Source: Anthoceros angustus
Taxonomy: Eukaryota; Plantae; Anthocerotophyta
Assembly: GCA_010909165.1 (NCBI GenBank)
Contig: MU008189.1
Location: 310,001 to 374,000, forward strand
Direction: 5' to 3'
Length of the DNA: 64,000 bases
Both the position numbers and the translations under genes were made by a program. Below are positions 12,761-25,900 of this stretch, one piece after another. Position 1 is the first letter of the stretch; every line of letters begins with the position of its first letter. The notes beneath the pieces were generated by a model. It worked only from the letters and a program-made list of their open reading frames with translations. It had not been told where the DNA came from and ran no database searches.

Positions 12761-15162
12761 CAATAATAAAGTCTTCTTTTCCCTATATTAACATGACTGA
12801 CAATCTAACAAGTCAATCATAGACCCAATATTGTGATAATAAGTAATCACTCCATAAAGTAGGACGTTGGGAAATAATGGAGTTCTACATAACCCGTAAT
12901 AGAAGTACTTCTAGGGTTGTAAAAAGCTTAACATTATAATCCTTGGTGTAACATAGGGGAATCAGAACCCTTGCTGAAGATTTCTCCCCCTGGGTTGTTT
13001 TGCTTTATTTTCAAAATACCAAATTAAAAAAAATTATAATCCTTGGTAATCTTAGTAAGATTAGAAATTGTCACTTTACCAACTTCTTTTCAATTGGTGA
13101 TTCCAATCAGGACTGTCACAATCATGATGGACTAACCTTGTATTATCTATGGACTAGTAAAGTAGAGAAATAAATTGCCAAAATGGTTATCTGTTATCTT
13201 ATTTAATATTTTATAAAATTATTATTTTACAGTGTACTACTACAATATTATTAGATAAAAATGATATAGAACTCGTCATCCTGTTGAAAATTCTTAATCA
13301 TAAACTCTTGCACACGTTTTCAACACCTCATTGAAGTTTGCATAAGGAAGAAAATACTAAGGTTGAGAACAATCCCATAAAAAACCAGTCAAGATTTTTT
13401 ATAGCATGAGCATATAAAATCTCATCGGGCCAAACTTGGCTATCTTTTACAAACATAGCATGAAAACTTGCTGTGTTAATGTTTGGTATTTCAATTCAAA
13501 TTCAAAGTACTGAATTTCAATGGATCAGTAATACAATCCCACTTGCTTGCTTCCTTACAAGAAAGCCCTACTTGTGGTTAGCCCCATGCTCCAACATACG
13601 GCAGTTTCCTACGAGTGAGACATTGAGGCACGAGAGCTTCTTTCAGTACTCAGCAATATTGTTGAGTTCTCTGGACGGAGGACACAGTAAACATGAGCAT
13701 ATACTCCACAGCGTCCCTAAGTGTGATATTGCTACGATGGAGGTCCTGCTCATGTTTAGTTTTTCAATTTAAAATCACCTCAACTTCAACTCTTTTAGCA
13801 GATCAATGACTAAGATGAGGATCCCACTTGCTGCTCTAAACAAAACCCCAGAGGAGATCATGAGACTTCCCGGGTTAGAAATGAGCCAATTTTCTTTCAT
13901 GTACAAGATCTAAAGGTGTGAGACTTGCTTTCAATATTCAACATGAATAGGAAAAAATACAAAAAACTGAAAATTAGCTTCGCAATTTTAAGAGATTTAC
14001 AAAAAGCTAAAAATTAACTTTGCAATTTGAAGAGATCCATAGCATAAAAGTTATGAGTGCAGTTTCCACTTGCCATTTTAATCCTCCGTGATAGCCTCAA
14101 TAATGATATTGTTAGAGTCTTTAAAACCATGTGCTTCGAGCAGCTTTTGGTGATGGTCTAGAGGTACATTCATGCGGGATGTGATCATGAATTTGTCAAG
14201 GCTACAAAATTTGCTCCTTGTATTGTTGGGATGTGAAACAACCCAAGAATGTGTTTCTTCTATGTGGTCCTTGTAAGCATAGGGTTCTTCAATCTAAGCA
14301 CCTTTTACCGTGGGAGTTTAGCAGAGTTAATAAAGGGGATACCAATTGACCTTCCAATCCCAAATGCATTTGCTAGAAGCTGGCAACATACATATAAGTT
14401 GGGCTAGCTGGTTGCCACTAGTATTCTCAAGGCTTCAATTCACCTTTGTCCTTACCATATATGTTCTTCACCCTTTATCTTTACAACGTCTGTCTCATTT
14501 TCTTATCTCAGATATGTTCATGTTCTCAGTCCTCTTTGCCAATGCTGAAGTTTCACTTTTACAAGCTTATCATGTGCGTATGCACGTTTAATGTACATGT
14601 AACTAAGATGTGGTTCCTGATAAAATTAGTTTTTTTAGTCAAAAATATCTCTATCATATGTTATGTTGTGGGTTTTTTTACGCTGATGGCTGATGTATCA
14701 CATGAGGTAAATTAGTCCTGTTAAATATTATTTGAAGTATTTTACGAACTTTAGCAGAATGTGAGTTTTAAGACCCTTAGTGTGGTCGTAGTACATATAA
14801 TACTTGCTAACCCACTTATGGTTTCTAGTTTCATCTTGATGTCAAGACTCTCAAGAACAACACTCCAATGATTAGACACGAGAGAATGATAGAGTTAAGG
14901 AAGTATGAGAGACATACACATACATTTATCCAAAAGATTAAAATGATGCATACCGATTTTTCTTTCTTGAAGATAGAATTACACACAGACTTACCAAGAT
15001 GTTGACCCTTGAGACACCCCTGATATTTCATTGATGATTACATCTTGTTGTGATGAGTCGCATCAATTCTCATGTACATTGAGCCATAAGCAACCACAGA
15101 TAGGCATATAAAAAGTAGGCACCCAGTTGGATCCTCTAAAGAGAGTAGTAGTTAAATTCCAA

Positions 15163-16143
15163 CTATCTAGAGCCTTTAAACTTATGGACCATAATAGCTT
15201 CTCTCACATTATCAAATGTTGCTACTACATCTAAATAAGGGATCAAATCTAACAATTCATGGTCATTGGGATCATCCATAAAAGTAGAAATAGGAACAGC
15301 ATTTTCAGGTTGAAGAGAATAGCAATGTGGGCTATTATCCACAATAATCGTGTTATTTAGATCTCTCCCAAGAAAGGAAAGATCTTTCACGTAGCCGCCG
15401 TCAATATGACGACAAGATTCACGATAGAGGCGGTATCGGATGCTTGAGTGAATATCAAGTTGATCAACCAATGGATCAGCATACTTTCTCAAGCTTGCCG
15501 TAAACAAGATGACCTCAAATTTTGGGGCAACAGTTTTGAGAAATTTCTCCACAAATGGTCTCTTTAGAACATATACCACTGTCATCTTATTTTCTACCTC
15601 CACATTGAAGATGAAATCATAGCTACTGATTGGCTTAAACGAAGAATGAACAAGGGTCTCATCTAGATCTAAAACAAGAGTCTTCTTACCATGGTCTTGT
15701 GTCAATTGTGGAGGTAATGTACAAGATTCACGAATAGAATTTTCATTTGCTTCTGAATGTTCATCTTCCATCCCTGCTGCATCTGAGTAGTGACCAAACC
15801 TTGGATGATGATCCATGTTAAAAAACGCGTCACTAGAGGCTTTAGTCAAACTGAGACAATGCATGATGGCACGCCATAAGCGAGAACCACCAATACTCGG
15901 TGAATGGTGTGATTGGGAAAAGGGCTGCATCGACTGAGATTCTCTACATGGGTTGATTAATTTATTTTGTAATCTAAAATAATTGGTTTGATGATATATG
16001 TTGCTACTATAAGCAAAATATCTCACAAGCAACTCCACACTTTGAATGGTTAAAGAAAATTCAAGTAAATGATTTAACCTGGATAATTGTAATTGTGCCA
16101 AGGCCATAGATGATTTTACACATTTGAAAGTCAAGCAAACCAA
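15163..16143 (-). CDS. CTD small phosphatase / SCP1-PSR-like HAD phosphatase (NIF domain), intronless; true start probably ATG at ~15930
   Basis: KKTLVLDLDETLVHSSF (DxDxT), KRPFV..FL, FTAS..YADP, RLYRESC, YVKDLS.LGRDL, IVDNSP, PENA. Confidence 0.9.
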   Translation of the reverse strand: MVCLTFKCVKSSMALAQLQLSRLNHLLEFSLTIQSVELLVRYFAYSSNIYHQTNYFRLQNKLINPCRESQSMQPFSQSHHSPSIGGSRLWRAIMHCLSLTKASSDAFFNMDHHPRFGHYSDAAGMEDEHSEANENSIRESCTLPPQLTQDHGKKTLVLDLDETLVHSSFKPISSYDFIFNVEVENKMTVVYVLKRPFVEKFLKTVAPKFEVILFTASLRKYADPLVDQLDIHSSIRYRLYRESCRHIDGGYVKDLSFLGRDLNNTIIVDNSPHCYSLQPENAVPISTFMDDPNDHELLDLIPYLDVVATFDNVREAIMVHKFKGSR

Positions 16144-17658
16144 TGAACCTAGTCTCCAAAATCTTCAAAACCTCCAGAATATAGTATGCCTAATTCAGAC
16201 ACAGGTTGACAAACAATGATATATATGATATATCCTAAACTTAATAGCATAAAAATAGCTAGTATTGGAGCGAGAATTTTTCGAGGAAGTGCGTTTGCAT
16301 TTGAGTTTTGAGAATTGGGTATGTAGAAAGAAGGAATATTTGATGAAGAACAAGAATTAGCTGGAATATGAAGAAATGAAAAGGACACAAACACTAGAAA
16401 AAGAAAAGCATTAGGAAGAAAAGAACGTGGTATACGCATACGATCAACAAAAATATATATTCTTCACATGTTATTCAATGCAGTCTATTTATGTAAGAAC
16501 AAAAACAATAAAAACAAAAGCAAAGAAGTTAAAATAGCTTCTATGTTGTAACATAAGGGAAGACAAAAAATGCAACTAGGTAATTTAGCTGGTTGACTAT
16601 CAAGCTGCACAAATTCCAAGCAAAAAAAATTAATCAGAATTGCATTATTACAAAAGATATTAATTTCCCCAAAACTAGGGAAAGAGGAGAATTGCATCTT
16701 TAGTATGTTTCAAGAAACTTGTTCTATGAAAAGATAAAATAGTTCAAGCCTCCTCTATTCATCATTCCTTCTTGAATCTACCTTATATAATGTAAAGAAC
16801 ACATCCTGACACATAGTAATGTGTTTTTTAATGCAACAAGACAGCAAATTCACTATTTTCTTGCTTTTTAACTTTCCTTAGGGTGAGTTGCAATACAAAA
16901 TCTTCACATGAATCGAATCAAAAGCTCTATGAACATTATTGTACGTGTTTATCTTACCTTCTATTAGATCCAAAAATCCCCATTGTCACATAATAGTAAG
17001 AAGTTCACACCCCTAGATAAAGAGTTATATTTAAACAATAGAAGGGCCAATAATTGAGGCAGTTTCAGAACATAATTACATAAATACTTGAATAAAATTG
17101 AAGTTATAATTTATTTCATTATATATTTCATGATTTAATTATTTAAAAATTAATAAAAACTTAAAATAGGTACCTAGTAGTTTTGCTGCTTTGTCTTCCT
17201 TGAATTTCATGATAGTATCCTATAAGGCTGAAGTGAGGTGCCAAATGCCTTTGGGTCTCGAGGATAGGGACAAACGATTGGCCAAAAGAAGCTAGAACAT
17301 TTGCTCTCTGCCAAGTTTGATGTCAAAATATCGGAGTAAATAAAATACAAATCGGGATCTCAATAGTAATCTATAAAAGAAGTTGTATGTAGCAGAGATT
17401 GACGCTCATTAGTTTCCTGAGAGATACATGGAGCTGAGTTTCAAGAGAGGAGAATATATTATTTTACTAGAATATTATTATAATATTATGCAAAGTATTG
17501 CCTCCTAGTACGCAATATTATACAAGTAACGCCCCTTAGTAGTAGGTACTTGGTTTCAACATTTGGTTGGGTGGGGAAGTCTTAAGGTGCAGTACTAGGA
17601 TAGTGGATTGGAGCATTGCCTGGAAGGATGGAGGTGCACAGAATAGAGATGGATGAGA

Positions 17659-19589
17659 TCAATAGAGCGAGTCGGAGAGACGAGGAGACGGCACGGCCAT
17701 GAGGCGGTGAAGCCTGGCGATGCTGAGGATGCCTTTCTCCGCCATGTCCAGGTCCTGCGGTTTCAACGCGTGCGGGAGAGACCAGTGGAACATGTGCACC
17801 AGGCGAGCCACGGTGAGGAGCACCACCACATCTCCCAGCGGCATTCCTGGGCAGCTTCGCCGGCCAGCCCCGAACGGCAGCAGCTCGAAGTCCTGCCCGG
17901 TGTGCGAGACGTCTCGGGCTGAGAATCTGTGAGGGTCGAATTTTTGTGGGTTCGGCCAGTTCGTCTCGTCCCTGTGGATGGCGTACGCGTTCACGAATGT
18001 TATGGTGTCCTTGGGGATGTCGTAGCCTCCTACCTTGCACGCTTTGCTGGAGCGGTGCGGGATCAGGACCGCTCCCGCTGCGTGCAGCCGGTAGCTCTCC
18101 TTCACCACGTTGAGCAGGAAGGGCATTTTGCGCACGTCTGATTCTTCCACCACCCGGGATTGGTCCACCACGGAGTCCACCTCTCGCTGCAGTTTGGCCA
18201 TCACATCTGGGTTGCGGATCAGCTCTGATAATGCCCACTCGACTGTAACGGCTACCGTCTCGGAACCCGCCACCAGCAGCTCCTGGAGGTTGATGCGTTC
18301 GGGAGGGAAGCATATAGCGTATGAAAGAAGTCTTGTCAATGAAATGAAAGTATGAAACTGAAATTGAAGCAAGGTCTCGCGGTTTATGGTGGCTGGGAAG
18401 TTAGAATTTGATTGAAATGCTTACCACGATGAGGGCTTTGATCTCGCTGTCGCTCAGGGTCTTGGTACCCTTGGCCCCCGGGAGGGTGAGGAGGACGTCC
18501 AGGAAGTCCCTGTTGCTAGAATGCGTTTCCTCCCTGCTCTTGTGTAGTCTCCGGTCTTGGATCAGCTTGTCCAGGTAGGCGCTCATGGTGCCACGGGTTT
18601 TGCACATGGCGGCTTTGAAGTTCTTAATCCTGTCCAGGAAACCCAGCTGCGGGATCCAGTCGCCTATGATGGGAGCGCCCGTCAGGAAAAAGTAGGCTTC
18701 CACAGTCTCGCGGAACATGAGGGCCTGATGAGCAAGAGAGCAATTTTGTTGGCAACGGGTAAGCAGGATCAGGCATGGATGCGGTTTTAGGGTTCCATGT
18801 TGATCACCTCTTCGGACTCGTATGCACCGCCATGGGTACCGTCGTACTCGTAGCATCTTCTCCCCATGAGCAGGCGAGTCATGTTATTGGAGGAGAAGAC
18901 GAATGTCATGTGATGCAGGTCCACTCCATCGGGATCCTGGCGTTTGCAGCCCTTCCAGATGGACCTCAACATACTGGAAAGCTCCTCCAGCCGCACACTG
19001 GCGAACTCTTCCACCCGCTGGGAGTTGAGGAGCTGGGAGGTCATGATCTTTCTGCATTACCTAGGCACATTTTTATGATCAAGGAACTTGCTTCAATGCA
19101 CAACTCTTGCAACAGACAATCACGGATGTCGATAATTTGTGGCTCCCGGATTGGCTGCACCTCGTACCTCAAATGAATGTAGGTAGCATCGTAGTTTCCC
19201 ATGACAACGGTGTCATCACCGTAGAACAGGTTGTGTCTGGCTGTATTGTGAGGTCGGTTAGCGAAGCTCTGGTCCTGAGTCTTGAGCACCTCTTTGGCCA
19301 GCTCGGAAGTGGAGACGACGATTGCCTTGGTCGGCCCGATCCGAAGCATGAAGATTGGGCCAAGCTTCTTGGCAATGTCGGTGAAGGTAACATGGAGACT
19401 CGGTGAGCTCAGCACAGACAGATTGCCCACCAGCGGGAGCCCAGGAGGGCTAGGAGGAAGCCGCAGCTTCCTCGAGCCCAGCTTTCCCGCGAGAACAAAC
19501 AGAACACCCAAAACGGCGGCTATGCCCGTCAGGTATACCACCCATGCTCCACCTTGAGAGCCTTCAATTCCTTCACCCCAATTCCCCAT
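17659..19589 (-). CDS. Cytochrome P450, CYP71 clan, 4 exons, intact
   Basis: N-terminal TM helix, LPPSPPGLPLVGNL, I-helix AGSET, ExxR (ESYR), PHRF, heme motif FGAGRRSCPG; GT-AG introns at about 19167-19052, 18815-18725 and 18425-18285. Confidence 0.95.
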
Positions 19590-20509
19590 TGCCTCGCGGT
19601 TGGTGATGGGCAGATCTCCTGAAGTCCTGTCTGTCTGCAGACACCAGTGTGCCTCCCACCACCTTTGTAGGGGGAATCACCCATGGATTCTGTAGACTGG
19701 ATTACTGTTTCCGAGGTGCCTTCGGGCATCATATTTGCTTTGGGAAAGGTATCTTGGAGTCGTCCAGACAGGGGGCTCGAACGGCAAGTGGGCCCGGGGC
19801 TTATCCCGTCGAGCATGACCATCCTTCCTGCCGTATGTTCATCTTGCTAGCGTTCTTCGTTGGGCGGATTTCCATGGTGGTCGACCGCCTTAAGAGGTCT
19901 TCTTCCCCGCCTCTTGCCTGGATGCATATGGCCTTGCCGCCTACAGGCCGGATCATATGGCCTTGCTGCAGAGTGTACTGGGCGGGGCGGACTTTTAAGC
20001 GCACTCCATGGTGGACGATCACCATAGTTTTCTTCTCCTTCTTTCCCGGCGGAATTTTGTTCTTTAGTTCGTCTTCTTCGGCGGATTCATCCGGCAGCAG
20101 TTTCTGTTCATTGAGGACCACCACTCAAATAGAGTAAGTGTTCTTCTGCTACAGCGGAGTTGGACAGGGCACTATGAGAGCGTCCCAGTGTCTTCTCTCA
20201 CACAGGAAAGCAACCAGGGATTTTACCGTGGAAACACGAGGCGAGGAGTGATGTGGATTTCATTCATTTCGGTCTACCAGTATGTACATCGATCTGCACG
20301 CTCGGTTACATAGACTCCCCCCAATTTGCCAGGCTAGGCAGTCTCCTCTAAAAGAATTTCTGGAGTCTAATAAGAGCGTGCAAGGGCAGCTGGTGTTGTT
20401 GCACAGCCGACTGGATGGTGTGGGATCCCAGAACCTCAGCGAGTGAAGCATGTTCGGTGAGAAGAAAGAAGAGAGGGAGGGAAGGAAGGAGGCAGGACTG
20501 TCTGATGAA

Positions 20510-21684
20510 TTATGAATGGGCACGAGGGTCCTGGGGGCTACTCTTAGGTTTGAGAGTTGCTGCGTCTGAGAAGCGACCGACAAGTCTGGTATGCGGCAGG
20601 CTAGGCTCACCTTGGATCAACGCTCGTAAGTTGTCGACAAGGAAGGTTTTGGGCATCCTTCCCACAATGTTCCCCTCTTCATTCCCTTGGCCATCCAGAA
20701 AGGTGAAGTGTGGAATGCCCTCCACGCCAAACTCGTCCAGTTCCTGCTCCCACTTGGTGTTGTCCACGTTGAGCATGACGAAGTTTACCTGGTCCCTGAG
20801 CAAGGGGTGAGAACGGGGATGAGAAAGGCGTGAAGAGAATAGCCTACCCTAGCCTGATTGCACGGACAGTAAGGCCGAGCTCTCACAAAATGACACTCAC
20901 TTGTACTCCTGCTCCACACCATACACATCCCGAGCCATCTCTCGGCACACCTCGCACCAGTCGGCGTAGAACTCTAACACCGTTGGCCGTCCGTTGCTGA
21001 GAGCCTGCACACCACACCACACCACAAGGAGGTTCCAAAATGAGGCCAATACCATGGCAACATCTGTGCAGCCAGGCACACAAGACTCACCTCACCTCAC
21101 CTCCTCATAGGGAACAGCTGCCGCAGCAAGCTGACCCAAGTCCGGGCCCGCACTGATGAGCCGGGGGGCCAGGAACAGACTCACGGCAACAGCACAGGAA
21201 GCGAGGGCCAGGATCTGGTTGCTCCTCTTGCTCGGCCCCTCCTGATATGAAGAGGCAGACTCAACCACAGGATCTGCGACTTCAGCTTCAGCTTCCGCTT
21301 CCGATCCAGCTCCAGCCGCATTCACACTCTCACAGGCCTCATCGCCTGTTGCCGCCTGCTGGATCGGGGAATGTGCCTCAACAAAAATGCACCACAATTG
21401 AGCCAATCCGATCCGATCCGATCCCAGCCAAGCCAAGCCTAATGCAAAGCTAAGGTGAGACCTACTTCATCTCGTGAAGGAACGGCCTGAGCTGCGAACC
21501 TCCATTTGGCAGACTGGTGAGCTCCCGCCTGCTGAGCCGTGGCTACCAGCTGATAGCTGCGGCTGCTTCCACCCGCTCTCATCAGGCTTGGTTGTCTCAT
21601 CACGCTAGGATGTCTCGCCACTGAGAATTGCGAGTGGCAGCACAGCTGCACGGCAGGCAAAACGGAGGCCATGATAGACGCCAT
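20510..21684 (-). CDS. HCF164: Thylakoid thioredoxin-like protein HCF164, 4 exons
   Basis: Transit peptide and TM helix, then [24 protein letters not shown] (CxxC) and [30 protein letters not shown]. Confidence 0.95.
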
Positions 21685-21812
21685 TGAATCTCTGCGCCGT
21701 TCGATCCCAGGATAAGCAACAAATACGGAAGTCGACGGCCTGCCTTCAACACGACACTGCCGTTAGGGTCTTATGCGCCTTTCAAATTACAGTCGTTTGA
21801 TGTGATACGCAG

Positions 21813-22125
21813 CCGGGAAGGGTTTGCTCAGGATGCAGGTGAGAAGCCTTTGCTAGGAAGCGTTTGTTCAGGATCCAGCTGGGAAAGCGTTTGCTCAGGA
21901 TGCAGGTGAGAAACGTTTGCCAGGAAGCGTTTGTTCAGGATTCAGCTGGGAAGCGTTTGCTCAGATCCAGCTGGAAGGCGTTGCCCTAGGATTCAGCTGG
22001 GAGGCGTTTCCCTAACATTCAGCTGTGAAGCGTTTGCTCAAGGTTCAGCTGTGAGGCGTTTGCTCAAGGTTCAGCTGAGAAGAGTTTGCTCCAGATTCAG
22101 CTGGGAAGCGTTTGCTCAGGTTTTA
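21813..22125. repeat. Minisatellite, ~22-25-bp unit GAAGCGTTTGCTCAGGATTCAGCTGG
   Basis: About a dozen imperfect tandem copies are visible, 130 bp upstream of the HCF164 start codon. Confidence 0.9.
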
Positions 22126-22565
22126 CTCCGTGCTTGAATGCTGGCAAAGCTGTGCAACAGATTCCCCCTTTCATCCTATTTCTGATCATGAGACGTGAGT
22201 CAAGAAAAACATGTCTTTTTTATCTTCTTGGCCCTGCTAAGCATAGGCTGCGATGATCCATGGTGCGGTTGGAGAACTGGCCATTGGCAAACATATGCTC
22301 ATCAATCCAAAGTTTGCGTAGTAGGTAGTCTGGAGCCCCTTTCAGCACCATCGTGATGTATTCATGCATCATACATTATCACGGTATAATTACCCTTACC
22401 CCTTAGTAAGGGGTCCGTAAGGGTTTTTTTTATTACACTTAAATTACACCAAATTACAAATTTATTACAGTTGTAAGTTTGGTAAAATTACATTGTTTAC
22501 ATAATTTACATTTCGAACAGGTCGCTCAATCAGGGCTGACTTGTACTTTGTCCGCGGAGACCTGG

Positions 22566-22815
22566 TTTCGGTGGCGGATGAGGTGGTTACTGACCCTACT
22601 GGTTACTGACCCTATTTCGGTGGGGGATGAGGTGGTGACCCTATTTCGGTGGGGGATGAGGTGGTTACTGACCCTACTCGTTACTGACCCTATTTTGGTG
22701 GGGGATGAGGTGGTTACTGACCCTACTGGTTACTGACCCTACTCGAGACACATCTTCGCTCAGTGGCGGATAAGGTGGTTACTGACCCTACTCGAGACAC
22801 CATCTTCGCTCAGGT
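22566..22815 (+). repeat. Compound minisatellite of GGATGAGGTGGTTACTGACCCTA / GGTTACTGACCCTA units
   Basis: Tandem copies are visible directly; the unit translates as (VA)DEVVTDP. Confidence 0.9.
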
Positions 22816-23250
22816 TATCACTTACCGTCCTGGTTGAGCTGCCACTGGTGTTCCGGCTCTCAAGGTCAGAAAGTATAGTGGATGCAAGCGGGCCACTTCT
22901 TTATTCCGCTCGCACTCAAAACGTATGGGGTAATGGCTACGGACTTCGATCAAATCCTACCACGCCCGCAAGCATGGCGCGGGTTGCTCCTTTTCTTATT
23001 TCACAGCTTACTTGAGACAGCGAGTCTCCGTTGCCCTTGAAAGGGCCATCTCGACGGCAATCCTTCACAAGGCGGCGGGGGCAAGTGACCTTCTTCCTCT
23101 TCCTCAATCATTTGCAGGCCATTTGTTCTTCCTACATATGATGCTCTAGGAGTAGTAGGTAACTTTAGGTAAGGGCTTAGTCGCTCTTTCTCACCTTAAC
23201 CCCCGAGGTCTACCATCATATTGTCCTATGCTAGATGGGTTTTTCCCATG
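22770..23250 (+). mobile_element. Second 5'-truncated CRE-like non-LTR 3' end (RLE domain)
   Basis: VTDPTRDTIFAQVITYRPG(stop)AATGVPALKVRKYSG...YLRQRVSVALERAISTAILHKAAG aligns with the 12.3-kb copy. Confidence 0.7.
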
Positions 23251-23843
23251 GTTTTTTCCCTCATTAAAATATGAAGATTTTTAATTTTATTGACATGATC
23301 TTGTTTTTTTAATCTTGAGAATAATAACTAAGTCGCAACATAATAATATTTTATGTATATGGGATAATTATGAGGTCTTTCACATCTAAAGTTGTACTTG
23401 GATTAGCTAAGTCTTCGAGAATTATTATGAAGGTGATTAACATAAAAGGCGGACAGCGAGATAATATTTAGTTTATTAAGTTTTTGGCTTAGCCTCTTAG
23501 CCGGGGCCGGGGCCAGTGTGGTCTAGATCCCATGCTCCACACAACCATAGCTACATGGAACGGATCCGATACCTTTATGGGCATGCCTGGAGGTCATTAA
23601 TGTGCTTGATGGAAGCATTAGGCAAGTTAATTAGATTAAGCAAGGGCCTGAGAGCTATGAAGGCCAGACCAGAGTGAGGATATTCGGCATAGGAGTCCTT
23701 TGCAGCAGCTAAGCATTTGGAGCATGAAGGATGCAGAGGCAGAAAGAGGCCAGTGAGCAGCACTTATCTACATTGGGTCGGCCGAACGCGCGAGCGGGGT
23801 TGGCTACGGCAGTCAACCTATCGGACTCCCTTGGTATGGCCAG

Positions 23844-25900
23844 TCAAGCTTGTTCACAGGTGAGTTCACTCACAATTCGAGACATGAAGTGAAATGGTAC
23901 AGCGAACGGAGGCGGTTGCACAATGCAGGCGGTTTCGATATGCTTCCTAAGCGTCTTGATCTGCTCCCTCTTCCTCTGCATCGACATCTCCTTGTGCACC
24001 GAGGATGTGAGATGGCACCGCGTTCTTGCATTCAGCAACCCTTGAAATTCAAGTAGCCTCACAAATCCAGCCCCTGCAGCACAAGGTTGTCTTGCAAGCT
24101 TAAGCCTGATAAGAGGGCCAACGCCGCTGACTCCAGCTCTTTAAGGAATGCACGCAGTTCCAGCGCTTGCGTCAGACGGTATGCCTTGGCCTTTCTTTTC
24201 CCACGAGGTGCCCTAGCCTCCATAGAGATTTGCTTCAGGTTGGTTCTAATTGGTGGACAGAGATGCAGTCAGGTCTTCAAATATATCCTCGTCCTCCAGC
24301 CCTAGGCAGCCATGTGCATCGAACACCACCCCTGTGCAGGGTATGACGGGTGCTGGCTGCTGTCCTGTTTGCATATTAGATGCGCATAGGGCATGTCATG
24401 GGGGCACGACGAGGGCTGCAGGATCTTGCAGCCACGGCATGGTACGGCAACAGCGCGGCTGGGGTCACTGGCAACAGATGGAAGGCATGCAGAATGATTG
24501 GGTACAGCAGCAGGTTGGGTAGAACTCAAGCGTACCAGGAGGATGAACAGGATATGAAGCGGGCCAGGCGGATTCACTCGACACAGGGAGAAGCAGCATA
24601 GGAAGTGTATGCAAAGTGTGTGCTGCAGGAGGAGGGCTGCAGGATCTTGTAACCACGGCATGGTCCAGCAACGGCACGGTGGGGTCACTGGCAGTAGAAG
24701 GCTTGCATAATGATTGTAGTGAGCTGTTGCAGGAGAGCTCCTCAGAGCAGGGTTTCGATTGCAGGTTCTACGAGAACTCTTGAAGTTCGAACTGTACAGG
24801 TGTTGAAGCACGTGAATTCTATGATGCTGCTGTTGTGAGCCAGACAAGTGCCCACAACCCGCGATGCACAAAATAGCTGGTTACTGTCATGAGCTCCAAA
24901 CTGGTACCGGTTTTGCCCAAAGTATGCCAGCCACAACTTCTGCGAGCCTAGCCTTCACAGAGCGCTATAACCCCCCTGTGCCCACCCTGCTGTTACCTCA
25001 GGCCGGAGCTTGGTGATGGATTGATTGAATGCGGAACGGCGCTTGGATTGTGAGACTGCGACTCCGACTGAGAGAAGGAGGATACGTGGTAGCTCAAGGC
25101 AGCCAGCGAGGAATCAACATGGGCCGAATGGATTTTTCTCACAGTATGCTGCGCGCCCGCATCATTCATCCCGACAACATGTCATGGTCCCATTCATGAT
25201 TTATATAAAAAGTTTGTCTCGATGTAAGTGCGTGTACATTAAACAAGACCGCAGATACTGAAAAGAAGAAAATGGTCATATCTAAGGAGGATCATTCTTT
25301 TGAGGATCGAAGTGAGAAGCGATAAAACCATAGTTAGTAGAGAGAGAGATAAGGGCAGGGAAAAGAACCAGATCCTGCATGCCATGGATGTATGTATTCA
25401 GAGTTGTAGTTACGAGTAAGTGCCCTTTCCTTGAAAAGTACAGTTGCTATGTCTGCAGAGCATTGAGGCACACATATCAGCATTGAAACAGCATTCTGGT
25501 TCCTGGGGCAGTCACACCTATGTAGCACTAGTGACAAGGCTCGAACATGCACCGATGATTATATGCCGTTCCATGCTTGAACTTCACTCAGCTGATCATG
25601 CTGTTGACAAACATTGCACCTACGATGCCACCTTCATTTCTGAGCACTACAGATCACAGCGTGGGCTTTGAAATTCAGCGTTGGATGAGGCGTGCAACAC
25701 CTATCGACACCACTAGCATGACCGAACAGCAACAACAACCCAAGATGCTAAAGCAGTAGTGGAATTGGGATGCAATAGCAGTAGTAGAACAGCTGGTGGG
25801 CTCGGGTAAGATTTGAGATTCACAGACCTGCATCAAGATGTTTTTGTTAGAGAAAGATTGGATTGACGGTTTCTGGGACGGAAGGGTGGATATATTTACC
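23844..25900 (-). mobile_element. Highly degraded coding remnant, possibly a KDZ (Kyakuja-Dileera-Zisupton)-like transposase
   Basis: Fragmented minus-strand frames: Cys-rich HRCDCPRNQNAVSMLICVPQCSADIATVLF (CxC-like) and helical ISMEARAPRGKRKAKAYRLTQALELRAFLKELE. No catalytic motif was confidently seen. Confidence 0.3.

Noticed and set aside
13100-14300. AT-rich region as a hAT transposase relic
   Set aside because: Stop-riddled frames with no convincing hAT motif or TIR.
17582-18313. 243-aa minus-strand ORF
   Set aside because: Out-of-frame shadow of the P450 last exon, with low-complexity Arg/Gly/Pro composition.
22566-22815. Repeat array as CRISPR or telomere-like
   Set aside because: There are no spacers, and the unit derives from retrotransposon RLE coding sequence.
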